Shown here: positions 27,914-36,276 of the stretch, piece after piece
How positions within the stretch are numbered: the stretch's first letter is position 1
Layout of the letters: every line of letters starts with the position of its first letter
Source of the DNA: a virus
Strand: one strand, 5' to 3'
Length of the DNA: 64,000 bases
Virus record (IMG/VR): IMGVR_UViG_3300005466_000024
Span: 64,001 to 128,000 of that record
Made by a program: the position numbers and the translations under genes
Notes under the pieces: generated by a model
The model's input: only the letters and a program-made list of their open reading frames with translations
Databases searched by the model: none
What the model was told of the DNA's origin: nothing

Positions 27914-30105
27914 CAGCGTCCTCCCCTGATCATGTGGTCGATACCGCGCCGACCCTGGGACGTCTCCCGCATCTTGATCGAGGACGCCCGTGAGGGCATG
28001 TAGGTGTCGCGGCCGTTTCCGTAGAGCGCGGCCAGCTTACGACGGCCCTCCGCGCCCGGTAGCCGCTCAGCCTCCCGGCCGCTCTTGAGCGCGGCCACGT
28101 TGCTCGAGCCGGTGGTCAGCGCTACCCGCCCGGTGTTGCCGAACCGTTCCAGTGCGTCGTGCAACAGGTCGGCCACCACCACACAGAACGCATCCGCGAG
28201 ATCCTTCGTCGTCACCGGCCCGATCTCCTGTTTGACGATGCGCCCGTTGCGGTCCTGCAGGAACCGCAGCTCCATCTCCAGCAGGGAGCCACCGTCCTCG
28301 TAGTAGGTGTCGCGGAAGCTGCTGACCCACCCCAGGTTCAGCGCCGACTTCACCCTCTCGAACCGGACGAAGTTCTCCCGCTCGGTGAACGTCGCCTCGG
28401 CAACCCGGATCGAGGGGGAGAACTTCTCCCGCAGCGCGTGGATGGCTCCTACCGAGTTCCACTGGTCGAAGCTCATCTTCGTCGTGGAGGGGAATGCGGT
28501 GAGGATGGCCTCGATGTCTCGCTGCACCCACATGTAGTTGATGGTGGGCACCCCGGTTTCGGGGTCGGGCGGGAAGTCCTGGGGCTTCCACACCCGCATC
28601 ATGTCGATCACGCAGTGCGGCCGGATCACACCGCGAGGGCCGGCGTCGCTGCAGGCGTGCGTGGTGTCCTCGCCGTAGGGCACCATGTGCCCGCACACGT
28701 CGCAGGGGGCGTTCTCCAGGTGCCCGACGCACAGCGCGAAGTTGGCGCCGGTCTTGCCGGGGTCGGCGTGGATGCGGTACTTGCGGTACAGGTAGCCGCG
28801 GCCCTGGGATTCGAGGCTACCCAGCCAGTCCGGCGGGGTGAACAGTCGGTCGACCACGCCGGGCTCGAGGTAGGCCCCTTCGACCTCTGCCCACTGGGCG
28901 GCCCGTTCCACCTGGAATTTCTCTGGGTTACGTAGTTTGCGACGTTGCTGGCTTTCGTGCTCGGGGCCGGGCTGGATGGGGCGTTTCTTGTGGATGCCGA
29001 TCAGCTCCACGCCGCGTTCCCAGTCCAGGTACAGCCCCCAGCTGGGCAGCTGCACGATCAGCATGGTGGGGTTGGCGTCGATCTCCACGGCTTCACCGGC
29101 TGCCACCGACAGTGCGGTCAGTTCGTGGCGGGCCCGCTCACCGATGCCCTCGCCGTCCTCGTGGTAGGCCGACATCAGCACGCTGCCCTCTTGGTAGAGG
29201 CTGTAGGCCTTGCCCGCCTTGCGGTAGGGGGAGGTGGGGATGTAGGTCAGCGCATCGAGGTCGAACTGGTCCAGACTGGGGTGGGCGTCCTCGTAGATTT
29301 CGTCGCCGCTCTTCACGCTTCCCGTGCCAAATACCATGTGCGCGAATTCGTCGAGGAACAGCCCGAAGGCGGTGGCGCCGCGGAAGGCCGGCGCCGAGGC
29401 CGACAGTGCCTGAACGACCAGAGTGGCCACGGAGTGTTCGACCGACACCCCGGCCGCCTCCAGTTCACCGATGCGTCGGATGTCGGCCGGGGTGCGGATC
29501 GTCAGGATGTGGTCCTTGGATTCGGCGATGGCCGACTGCAGGTATTTGCAGCGCTCCACCATGGACCGGATATCGGCGAACAGTTGCTGTTTGGCCTGAG
29601 TTTGGCTGGTGGCGCCGACGTTGAGGTAGCCGTCCTTGCCGGGGTCGACACCGTAGTAGGCCTGCCAGTCGTCCAGTGAGTAGAAGTAGGCCGCCTGTTC
29701 ACAGCCCAGGAGGCCACCGTTGAGGCCCTTGGAGCCTCGTCGACCGCCGACGAACTGGATGTGCGGGAATCGGCGCGCACCGCGGGCCTTGAGGTAGGCG
29801 ATGCGCTCCCAGATGTCGGGTTGCACCCCGAACACGTCGCGTCGGCGTTTGAAACCCTGCCGCCATTCCTCGATGACATCGATGTCGTAGGCGGTCATCT
29901 GGTCGGTTTCGAGGAATATCAGCCGCAGCAGGGTGATCTGACGCGGGTACAGTGCCACCCCGCAGAAGCTGGGGTGGCACGCGAAGTCCTTGATGGAGTC
30001 CCAGGGTGCGGGGCGAACAGCGGTGGCCGCGGCGCGCAGCGTCGCGATCGGATCGAATTCCTGCTGGAGGAGAGCCAACTGTTGGCGGGGGTAAAAAGCA
30101 CACAT
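27913..30105 (-). CDS. terL: Terminase large subunit
   Basis: Walker A-like GGRRGSKG, Walker B LFLDEFAH, RNase H-like HADPG...FDQWNS...KDLADA. Confidence 0.9.
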   Translation of the reverse strand: MCAFYPRQQLALLQQEFDPIATLRAAATAVRPAPWDSIKDFACHPSFCGVALYPRQITLLRLIFLETDQMTAYDIDVIEEWRQGFKRRRDVFGVQPDIWERIAYLKARGARRFPHIQFVGGRRGSKGLNGGLLGCEQAAYFYSLDDWQAYYGVDPGKDGYLNVGATSQTQAKQQLFADIRSMVERCKYLQSAIAESKDHILTIRTPADIRRIGELEAAGVSVEHSVATLVVQALSASAPAFRGATAFGLFLDEFAHMVFGTGSVKSGDEIYEDAHPSLDQFDLDALTYIPTSPYRKAGKAYSLYQEGSVLMSAYHEDGEGIGERARHELTALSVAAGEAVEIDANPTMLIVQLPSWGLYLDWERGVELIGIHKKRPIQPGPEHESQQRRKLRNPEKFQVERAAQWAEVEGAYLEPGVVDRLFTPPDWLGSLESQGRGYLYRKYRIHADPGKTGANFALCVGHLENAPCDVCGHMVPYGEDTTHACSDAGPRGVIRPHCVIDMMRVWKPQDFPPDPETGVPTINYMWVQRDIEAILTAFPSTTKMSFDQWNSVGAIHALREKFSPSIRVAEATFTERENFVRFERVKSALNLGWVSSFRDTYYEDGGSLLEMELRFLQDRNGRIVKQEIGPVTTKDLADAFCVVVADLLHDALERFGNTGRVALTTGSSNVAALKSGREAERLPGAEGRRKLAALYGNGRDTYMPSRASSIKMRETSQGRRGIDHMIRGGR

Positions 30106-30120
30106 CAGAGGCTCTTTTCC

Positions 30121-30501
30121 CTACCCACCCGCTCCCGCCGGACCGATGAGTGTGTCCGGCGTGGTTGGGGGTCCACCGGCCCCAGGGCCGAATATCGTGG
30201 TGCCCGGCGGGGTCGAAGTGTCGCCGAACGCTTCCCGACCGTACTGGTCCGGGCCGCCGGATCCGGCCCACGGGTCCTTGGCGGGACCGGTCAGGGTGGT
30301 GTAGGCGGTTTCGCTGGGGAACGGGGTGTCGGGGACGTGGGAGAACGGGGGATCACCGGGCATGCCGACGTTCGTGCCGACCGCACCGGCATCGATGCCC
30401 TTGGTGTCGGTGCAGGTCGGGTCGCCGGGGGCGCATTCGGCTTCTCGGATCCACTCGTACCAGACGGCGACCCGTTCGTGTGCGGTCAGGATGCGTCTCA
30501 C
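30121..30501 (-). CDS. Hypothetical protein with shared leader (MRRILTAHERVAVWYE)
   Basis: GTG 30501 overlapping the upstream TGA; 126 aa, Pro/Gly-rich. Confidence 0.65.
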   Translation of the reverse strand: MRRILTAHERVAVWYEWIREAECAPGDPTCTDTKGIDAGAVGTNVGMPGDPPFSHVPDTPFPSETAYTTLTGPAKDPWAGSGGPDQYGREAFGDTSTPPGTTIFGPGAGGPPTTPDTLIGPAGAGG

Positions 30502-31679
30502 GCGTACTCCGGCTTGCGCTTGTCGCGGTTGCGGACCAGGTCTTTGCCCAGTGGGGGCACCGGGTAGTCGCCCCCGCCGGGGGTCATCTCCCGGGATTGG
30601 TTGATCCAGTGGTACAGGTCGCGGGCCATCAGCCATTCGTCCCGACTGCCGTATTCCTGCGGCTGCGGCCCGGACGGTGGGGTGATGAAGTCGCTTGGGT
30701 CGTACCAGTGCGCGGCTTCGCGCAGCCCGGTGACGGCGTAATCCACGAGCATCGACGTGCGGGTCGGGCGGTGGTAGCCCGGCGCAGACACTGGGTGTGG
30801 GTCGGGCAGCCGGGGGTCGTCGGATTCCTTGGAGTAGTCGGGCAGCGGGAACTTCAGCGGGCCGGGTTCGGCTTGGCGCGGTTCCTGGTAGGGCTTGCCG
30901 GGGTGGCGGCGATCCCAGGTGTCGTGTTTCTGCTGCTCCTTGGCTCTGTCGAGGTCGTTCTTGAACTTCAGCCAGATGGTGGCCTGCATGTGGGCCGGGG
31001 AGATGCCACGTTCGGCGGCGGCCTTGCGTACGACGTCGGCGTAGGCCTCGTAGCCGGCGGGTTGGCCTCCGCGCTGCCAGCCCAGCGGGGCCAGGGATGG
31101 ACCGGCCTTGGCGAATTCGCCGCCGTGGGGGCTGTTGAGTGCGCGAGCCATGTGGGTGTCGATGGTGACTGCGTTGTCGTCGCCCATGAAGTTGCGGTAG
31201 AAGTTGTTGACCTTGGGGCCGGTGCCCAGTTCGGTGAGCACGCCGTCGGGATGGGCGTCGTGGATGCGCATGGCGCGCAGGATGTTCTCGCCCAGCCCGC
31301 TCATCCCGGTGCCGGTTTGCCGCCCCGGCTGCCTGGGATCGTCGCGCAGCCATTGCTGTTTCTGGGCGGGATCGTAGTTGAGCAGGAAATGTGCCCCGGT
31401 GGACAGGTTGGTGTCCCAGTCCTGGCGCGGCGACAGCGCGGCCATGATGGCCGCGCTGCGCGAGTAGTCCCTGTTGGTGGCCCCGGACAGGTTGTGCAGC
31501 CATTCCCGGGCCGCGGGGTACCACTGTCGGCCACCTTCGCGTTCCTCGTCGGTGGCGTTGTCCCAGTGCGACAGGGCGTTGTGGTACAGCGCCGGGGTGT
31601 CGATGAGATCCTCGACCGGGACGGCGGCCTCCTCGTACCAGACCGCTACCCGCTCGTAGGACGTCAGGATGCGCCTCAT
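30498..31679 (-). CDS. DUF7178-like protein (possible HhH glycosylase-like fold) with shared leader (MRRILTSYERVAVWYE)
   Basis: GRQWYPAA...AAIMAALSPRQDWDTN...GPKVNNFY...VTIDTHMARA...Y...AAAERGISPAHMQATIW. Confidence 0.6.
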   Translation of the reverse strand: MRRILTSYERVAVWYEEAAVPVEDLIDTPALYHNALSHWDNATDEEREGGRQWYPAAREWLHNLSGATNRDYSRSAAIMAALSPRQDWDTNLSTGAHFLLNYDPAQKQQWLRDDPRQPGRQTGTGMSGLGENILRAMRIHDAHPDGVLTELGTGPKVNNFYRNFMGDDNAVTIDTHMARALNSPHGGEFAKAGPSLAPLGWQRGGQPAGYEAYADVVRKAAAERGISPAHMQATIWLKFKNDLDRAKEQQKHDTWDRRHPGKPYQEPRQAEPGPLKFPLPDYSKESDDPRLPDPHPVSAPGYHRPTRTSMLVDYAVTGLREAAHWYDPSDFITPPSGPQPQEYGSRDEWLMARDLYHWINQSREMTPGGGDYPVPPLGKDLVRNRDKRKPEYA

Positions 31680-31843
31680 CACGACCTCGTCTCGGTCTTG
31701 TCCGACAGGTTGCCGGTCCAGGACGTTCCGCATTGGCAGACGTGTACGTGGTGCGCGGTCTTTGCGGGATAGGCGCAGACGCACCAGTGGCCGTCGAGGG
31801 CATGTCCCCCGCCGGCTCGGCAGCGGTGTCGGGTGGTTTTCAT
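31679..31843 (-). CDS. Small Cys/His-rich protein
   Basis: 54 aa; C..H..H.C.C...H..H.C.C; coupled on both sides. Confidence 0.55.
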   Translation of the reverse strand: MKTTRHRCRAGGGHALDGHWCVCAYPAKTAHHVHVCQCGTSWTGNLSDKTETRS

Positions 31844-32214
31844 GTCAGCGGCGCGAACGGTGAGCCGGACTGGGGTGTTCTCTTCGGTACGGTTCTGGCC
31901 TCGATGGCCACGTTCAGCGGCACCTTGGCCAGTACCTTGGTGGCCAGCACGGCGTCGGCCTGGCGGTCGGGCCAGCGGCCGGGATCCTTCAGCGCGGAGG
32001 CCACGTGCTGCAGCAGCGCCACCGAGGGCAGGTCGCCGTACTTGACGGCGAGTTCGCAGACCATGAGGACGTGCAGGTTGGCATCGACGTTGAGGGCCAG
32101 CTGCGGCAGTGTGTACACGTAGCCCTCGTCGAGGACGCGCAGCTGGCTGTGGGACCGGAATGTTTCCTGGGTCAGGAACCGGAGTAGTTCGGCGTCGGTC
32201 GCCGGTTCGGTCAC
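31840..32214 (-). CDS. Hypothetical protein
   Basis: GTG 32214 overlapping the HNH stop; 124 aa. Confidence 0.55.
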   Translation of the reverse strand: MTEPATDAELLRFLTQETFRSHSQLRVLDEGYVYTLPQLALNVDANLHVLMVCELAVKYGDLPSVALLQHVASALKDPGRWPDRQADAVLATKVLAKVPLNVAIEARTVPKRTPQSGSPFAPLT

Positions 32215-32552
32215 GCGAACACACCTCCCCCCTCGTTCGGGATCTTGGCGATGGTGTCGGCGGCTGCCGCCGCCGCGTAGCCCTGCTGGGCGTAGCGGGC
32301 GCGCGTGGTTCCCGCGTAACCCTTGAGGGTGGTTAGCTGCCCACCGTTCTTCGCCATCTGGTACAGCAGGACGTGTGTTCCGTAATGGCAGCTGTCGCAG
32401 CATTGGACGAGATTCTCGGGAACCGTTTTCCCCCCGCATTCCTGGGGGTAGATGTGGTGCCAGACGAATCGCAGGGGGCTCGGGGTGTGGCTTTTGGCGA
32501 GGTCGCAGCGTGTCGCCCTGCCGACGCCGGGGAGTTCGAGGACGAATCCCAT
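32211..32552 (-). CDS. HNH endonuclease-like protein
   Basis: WHHIYPQECGGKTVPENLVQCCDSCH. Confidence 0.75.
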   Translation of the reverse strand: MGFVLELPGVGRATRCDLAKSHTPSPLRFVWHHIYPQECGGKTVPENLVQCCDSCHYGTHVLLYQMAKNGGQLTTLKGYAGTTRARYAQQGYAAAAAADTIAKIPNEGGGVFA

Positions 32553-32554
32553 GG

Positions 32555-33295
32555 TTACACCGCCGCAGCACGTAGGACGGTGACATCCCCCTGGTTGGCC
32601 AGCAGCGTTCGCAGGTCGGCGTCGAGCAGCCAGAATTCGCCGGGCTGTTTGACGCCGATGGTGCGCGGGTTCCAGCTGTTCCCCCAGTGGTTGCGGCACA
32701 GGTTCATCCGATGGACGGCGTCACGGCCCCGGCACATGTACTCGTGCCCGCCGGCGATGGTGGAGTCGTTCAGTGGACCCACCCGCAGGATCCCGTTGTC
32801 GTCCGGGGTGAACATCGAGTTGGTCCACAGGGTGCCCAGGCACACCGGCTGGGTGGCGATGGCGGCCAGGTACTGGTCCCAGGTGAAGCAGTGGTCGTAG
32901 CGGCTGATCAGGCCGATCGACTTGAGTGCCTTGGCCAGGCCCAGACCGCTCGATCCGGTGTCATCGGGAGGGTAGGTGCCGTCGAACTCGTCCTTCTGGG
33001 TGGCCAGCCCGTAGAACCAGCGACCGCTGGCGTCGTCGTAGAAGCCGCCGCCGTGTTTGGCCTTGCGCAGCTGCGTGAAGGGTCCGGTGTTGAGCACGTC
33101 GGCACCGGTCCAGCCGACGCAGCCACCGAGGTTGCCCTGGTTGAGGATGGGGGCGGCGTCGGGCCAGATGACGGTGGTGGCGCGCCGTGGCGGTGGGGCG
33201 GTGAACGCGTACGCCCGCGACCGTGGGTCGTGCTCGACGTGCCGGCCCAGGGGGTAGGGGCCTGCAGGCATCGGCAGCTTTTCTACTGTGGTCAC
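32555..33295 (-). CDS. Papain-like (C1-type) cysteine protease
   Basis: NQGNLGGCVGW (Q/C), GGHEY (H), RNHWG (N) catalytic motifs. Confidence 0.8.
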   Translation of the reverse strand: MTTVEKLPMPAGPYPLGRHVEHDPRSRAYAFTAPPPRRATTVIWPDAAPILNQGNLGGCVGWTGADVLNTGPFTQLRKAKHGGGFYDDASGRWFYGLATQKDEFDGTYPPDDTGSSGLGLAKALKSIGLISRYDHCFTWDQYLAAIATQPVCLGTLWTNSMFTPDDNGILRVGPLNDSTIAGGHEYMCRGRDAVHRMNLCRNHWGNSWNPRTIGVKQPGEFWLLDADLRTLLANQGDVTVLRAAAV

Positions 33296-33329
33296 ACTGG
33301 CTCCTGCCGCGAGGGGTTTCTACTCCTTT

Positions 33330-34073
33330 TCACTGGGCGACACGAAGGAGGTACACGCCTGCGGAGGGGATGCCGGTGGAGGCCACGGTGCTGGTCTGGC
33401 CGTTGAGGTCGCGCAACCACAGCGAAATGACGATGTTGGTGGTGGACGCATAGGGGGTTGGGGACATGCCGGGGCCGGCGGGGCACGGACTCACCGCGAC
33501 CGCCTGCAGGTCGTTGAAGTTGGACCGGCCCACCCCACGGGCCACGATGGTCTGCCCGGCATAGGACGCGGAGCCGTCGGAGATGGCGGCCTCGATGACC
33601 GGGCGCCCGTAGCTGGCGGGGGTGGCCAGCACGGTGGCGAACACCCACGGCTGGAACGCGATGTTCTGCACGCCGATGGCGAAGTTGGCGATCAGCACCG
33701 GGGTGGTGCCCGTACTGCCACCGGTCACCGAAGTCGGCCCGAATGGACCCAGGAGGTACCCGGCGCCCAGGGGCGGGAACTGGGCCAGCGGCACCTTGCC
33801 GCTGGCGTTCAGTGAGGCGACCCCGTTGGGTTGGCCCACCGTGGACAGCGGGATGTTCAGTGCATCCTGGCTTTGGTAGTAGGCGGGCAGCTCGAAGGTC
33901 TGATCCTGGGTGTCGATGTAGGTTTTCGAGGCCTTGGTGGCGGCGGCATCATCGACGTCGCTGGCGGCGCTGATCTGGCTGACCGGCCCGGAGGTCAGCA
34001 CGGTTTCGGCCTGCAGCCTGTTGGCGAGGTCGGTGCCGTTCTGCGGCGACGGGCCGACGTAATTCAGCGGCAT
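33330..34073 (-). CDS. Minor tail protein
   Basis: Y.G...YIDTQD...GQPNGVASLNASGKVP motif shared with the two upstream paralogues. Confidence 0.7.
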   Translation of the reverse strand: MPLNYVGPSPQNGTDLANRLQAETVLTSGPVSQISAASDVDDAAATKASKTYIDTQDQTFELPAYYQSQDALNIPLSTVGQPNGVASLNASGKVPLAQFPPLGAGYLLGPFGPTSVTGGSTGTTPVLIANFAIGVQNIAFQPWVFATVLATPASYGRPVIEAAISDGSASYAGQTIVARGVGRSNFNDLQAVAVSPCPAGPGMSPTPYASTTNIVISLWLRDLNGQTSTVASTGIPSAGVYLLRVAQ

Positions 34074-34188
34074 GTCGCGGCTCTTTCCATGACGGCGTTA
34101 CAGGCGTTGATGGTCTGCATTGCGTAAATGAAGAGCTGGACAATCATTGCTCGTATTATCAAACTGGTTTCCGCACTCATTTCCCACC

Positions 34189-34986
34189 TCATATTGCGGG
34201 CATGACGAGGACGCTGAACACCAGGCCGGTCCCGGAGAACACGTATCCACTGGTAGCGTAATTACATCCCCATAAATCCAGTTCCAGTGCTCCATTGATG
34301 GGCGGGACACTTGTCGGTGTGTTTCCCGATGCGCCGTACGGCAGCACGGGGTAGAACGCCAGTTTCTGGTAGGCCCCGGTGCACACTGCGGTGGCGTAGA
34401 CGGTATTGCCGACTCCCGAGGGCGGCATGACGGTCAGCAGGCCGAGGTTGCCGCTGCCCAGGGTGCGGTCGCCGGGCGGGGTGCCGCCATTGGAGTAGCC
34501 GCCGACGATCGCGAACGGGATGGCCCGCCACGGCCAGCCGGGGTCGGGGATGGGCAGCGACGCCAGCTGGTATTCGCGCAGGCTCTGGGTGGTCACCTGG
34601 TGGGTGTTGCCCGAGGTGAGGAACACGTTGCCGTTGGTGGCGGCGTCGTAGGCCTTGGTGACTCGGTCGGTGACCACACCGGTGGGCACCTGCCCGGTGG
34701 GCAGGTTGCCCGAGCTCAGGCTGGCGACCCCGTTGGCGGCGCCGAGCGCGCTGGTGGGCACGTACAACGCGTCTGCGGCGGTGACGTCGGTTTTGTGGGC
34801 GCGCAGCGCGTCCTGGCTGTTGACGTAGGTCTGCGTCTGCAGGGCGTTGGCGGTGATCGCGTCGGCGATCTGGGCGTTGACGTAGGCGGCGTCGACGAGC
34901 ACGGAATCGTTCTCGTCGTCTGCCCACGCCTTGGGCAGGATGCTGGCGTCGGAGTTCGGGTACTGCCCCTCGTACTGGAGACTCAT
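34189..34986 (-). CDS. Minor tail protein
   Basis: Paralogous N-terminus (YVNSQDAL...GAANGVASL..GNLP). Confidence 0.7.
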   Translation of the reverse strand: MSLQYEGQYPNSDASILPKAWADDENDSVLVDAAYVNAQIADAITANALQTQTYVNSQDALRAHKTDVTAADALYVPTSALGAANGVASLSSGNLPTGQVPTGVVTDRVTKAYDAATNGNVFLTSGNTHQVTTQSLREYQLASLPIPDPGWPWRAIPFAIVGGYSNGGTPPGDRTLGSGNLGLLTVMPPSGVGNTVYATAVCTGAYQKLAFYPVLPYGASGNTPTSVPPINGALELDLWGCNYATSGYVFSGTGLVFSVLVMPAI

Positions 34987-34990
34987 GCGC

Positions 34991-36229
34991 TCACGCCGGT
35001 ATCGGGACGATGTGCAGCGCCGGTTCCAGGGTGGAGGCCGCCGCCGTGGAGGTGGTGCCGCTGCGCACGAGTGTGACGACCAGGGTGGTGGCCCCGGTTA
35101 GGACGGATTGTGCCGCGTAGGCGACCGGCAGGATGGTGGCGGTGGAGTGGTTGTTGGGGTCGCCGGTCGGCACGGTGTTGGAGAACCAGGCGCCACCGGG
35201 CTGGCCGGGCCCACCGCGACCCCAGAACAGGCCGAACAGTCCCCACCCGCCGCCGCCGCCGCCCTGCCCCGCCGTGCCGGGGTTGTAGGTCTTCGAGTTG
35301 AAGGTGAAGTTGCCCGGGGCTTGGGCGCCGCCGTGGCCGGAGCCGCCGGTGGCGGTCAGCCCGGCCCACACGTCGGGGGTCAGGGTGGTGTTGCCGCCAG
35401 CGGCGCCGGCCGCGCCCTCCGTTGATCCGCCGGCGCCGGCCGTCCCGACGGTCCCGTTGATCGTGGTGGTGCCTGCGGGTAGGTTGCCGCCCACTGTCAG
35501 GGTGATCCCGGCCCAGTGCCCGGCGTTGCCGGATTCCCCGTTGGTCAGTTCACCGCCCGCCTGTCCGCCGGCTCCGGCACCGAGGATCACCACGTCGAAC
35601 GGAGAGGTGGTGATGGAGTAGCTGAACGCTCCGGGCGTGAGGTAGACGCCGCTGGAGCTGAAGACGTAGTGCTCGGAGCTGCCGTAGCCGTTCGCGACGA
35701 TGGCTCCGGTGGTCGAGCCGATCCGCACCCGCACGACCGGGTACTCGCCGTCGATGGTGGTGGTCACATCGACGGTGCCGATCACCGCCAACTTGTAGGC
35801 GAAGCCGGGGTCGGCGACGGTGGCGGAGTAGATGGTGGTTTCGGTGCTGGTGGCGTTGCTGACGGTGGCCTGGTTGTAGCTGACCGGGGAGAAGAACGGG
35901 GCGGGCCAGCGCTGGGTGGAGGCGATGTTGGCGAGGTTGGCGACCCCGATCTTGCCACTGGCGTTCAGCGCGACCGGGCCGCTGGCGGTACCGACCTGTG
36001 ACAGGTGCAGCCGTGTGGAGTCGCCGGCATCGATGAACCCGCGGGTGGCGTTGAGTGCGTCCTGGGTGTCCACGTAGGACCGTGTCACATAGGCGGCAAA
36101 CCCAGCAGTGATGAGCGTATCGACCTGGTCCTGGGGCAGGTTCTCGGCGAGCAGCGACTGTAGGTAGGCGTTGTTGACCAGATCCTGGGACTGGGTCGGA
36201 GTGGGACCGGCATAAGGGAGGCCTGCCAT
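34991..36229 (-). CDS. Minor tail protein with glycine-rich domain
   Basis: Paralogous N-terminus (YVDTQDAL...SGPVALNASGKI); VVILGAGAGG glycine-rich domain. Confidence 0.7.
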   Translation of the reverse strand: MAGLPYAGPTPTQSQDLVNNAYLQSLLAENLPQDQVDTLITAGFAAYVTRSYVDTQDALNATRGFIDAGDSTRLHLSQVGTASGPVALNASGKIGVANLANIASTQRWPAPFFSPVSYNQATVSNATSTETTIYSATVADPGFAYKLAVIGTVDVTTTIDGEYPVVRVRIGSTTGAIVANGYGSSEHYVFSSSGVYLTPGAFSYSITTSPFDVVILGAGAGGQAGGELTNGESGNAGHWAGITLTVGGNLPAGTTTINGTVGTAGAGGSTEGAAGAAGGNTTLTPDVWAGLTATGGSGHGGAQAPGNFTFNSKTYNPGTAGQGGGGGGWGLFGLFWGRGGPGQPGGAWFSNTVPTGDPNNHSTATILPVAYAAQSVLTGATTLVVTLVRSGTTSTAAASTLEPALHIVPIPA

Positions 36230-36276
36230 TCGTCACCACCTTGCCCTATTATCCATCGGGGATATACGCCCTGCTA

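Noticed and set aside
27913-30105. Intein in terminase
   Set aside because: No C-terminal HN/C splice motif or LAGLIDADG blocks seen; the Cys-rich insert is short
30121-31803. Single 560-aa ORF
   Set aside because: The upstream part overlaps the 30498-31679 gene out of frame; the real start is GTG 30501
34098-34310. Small ORFs in the A/T-rich gap between tail genes
   Set aside because: They overlap neighbours and lack a convincing SD or motifs
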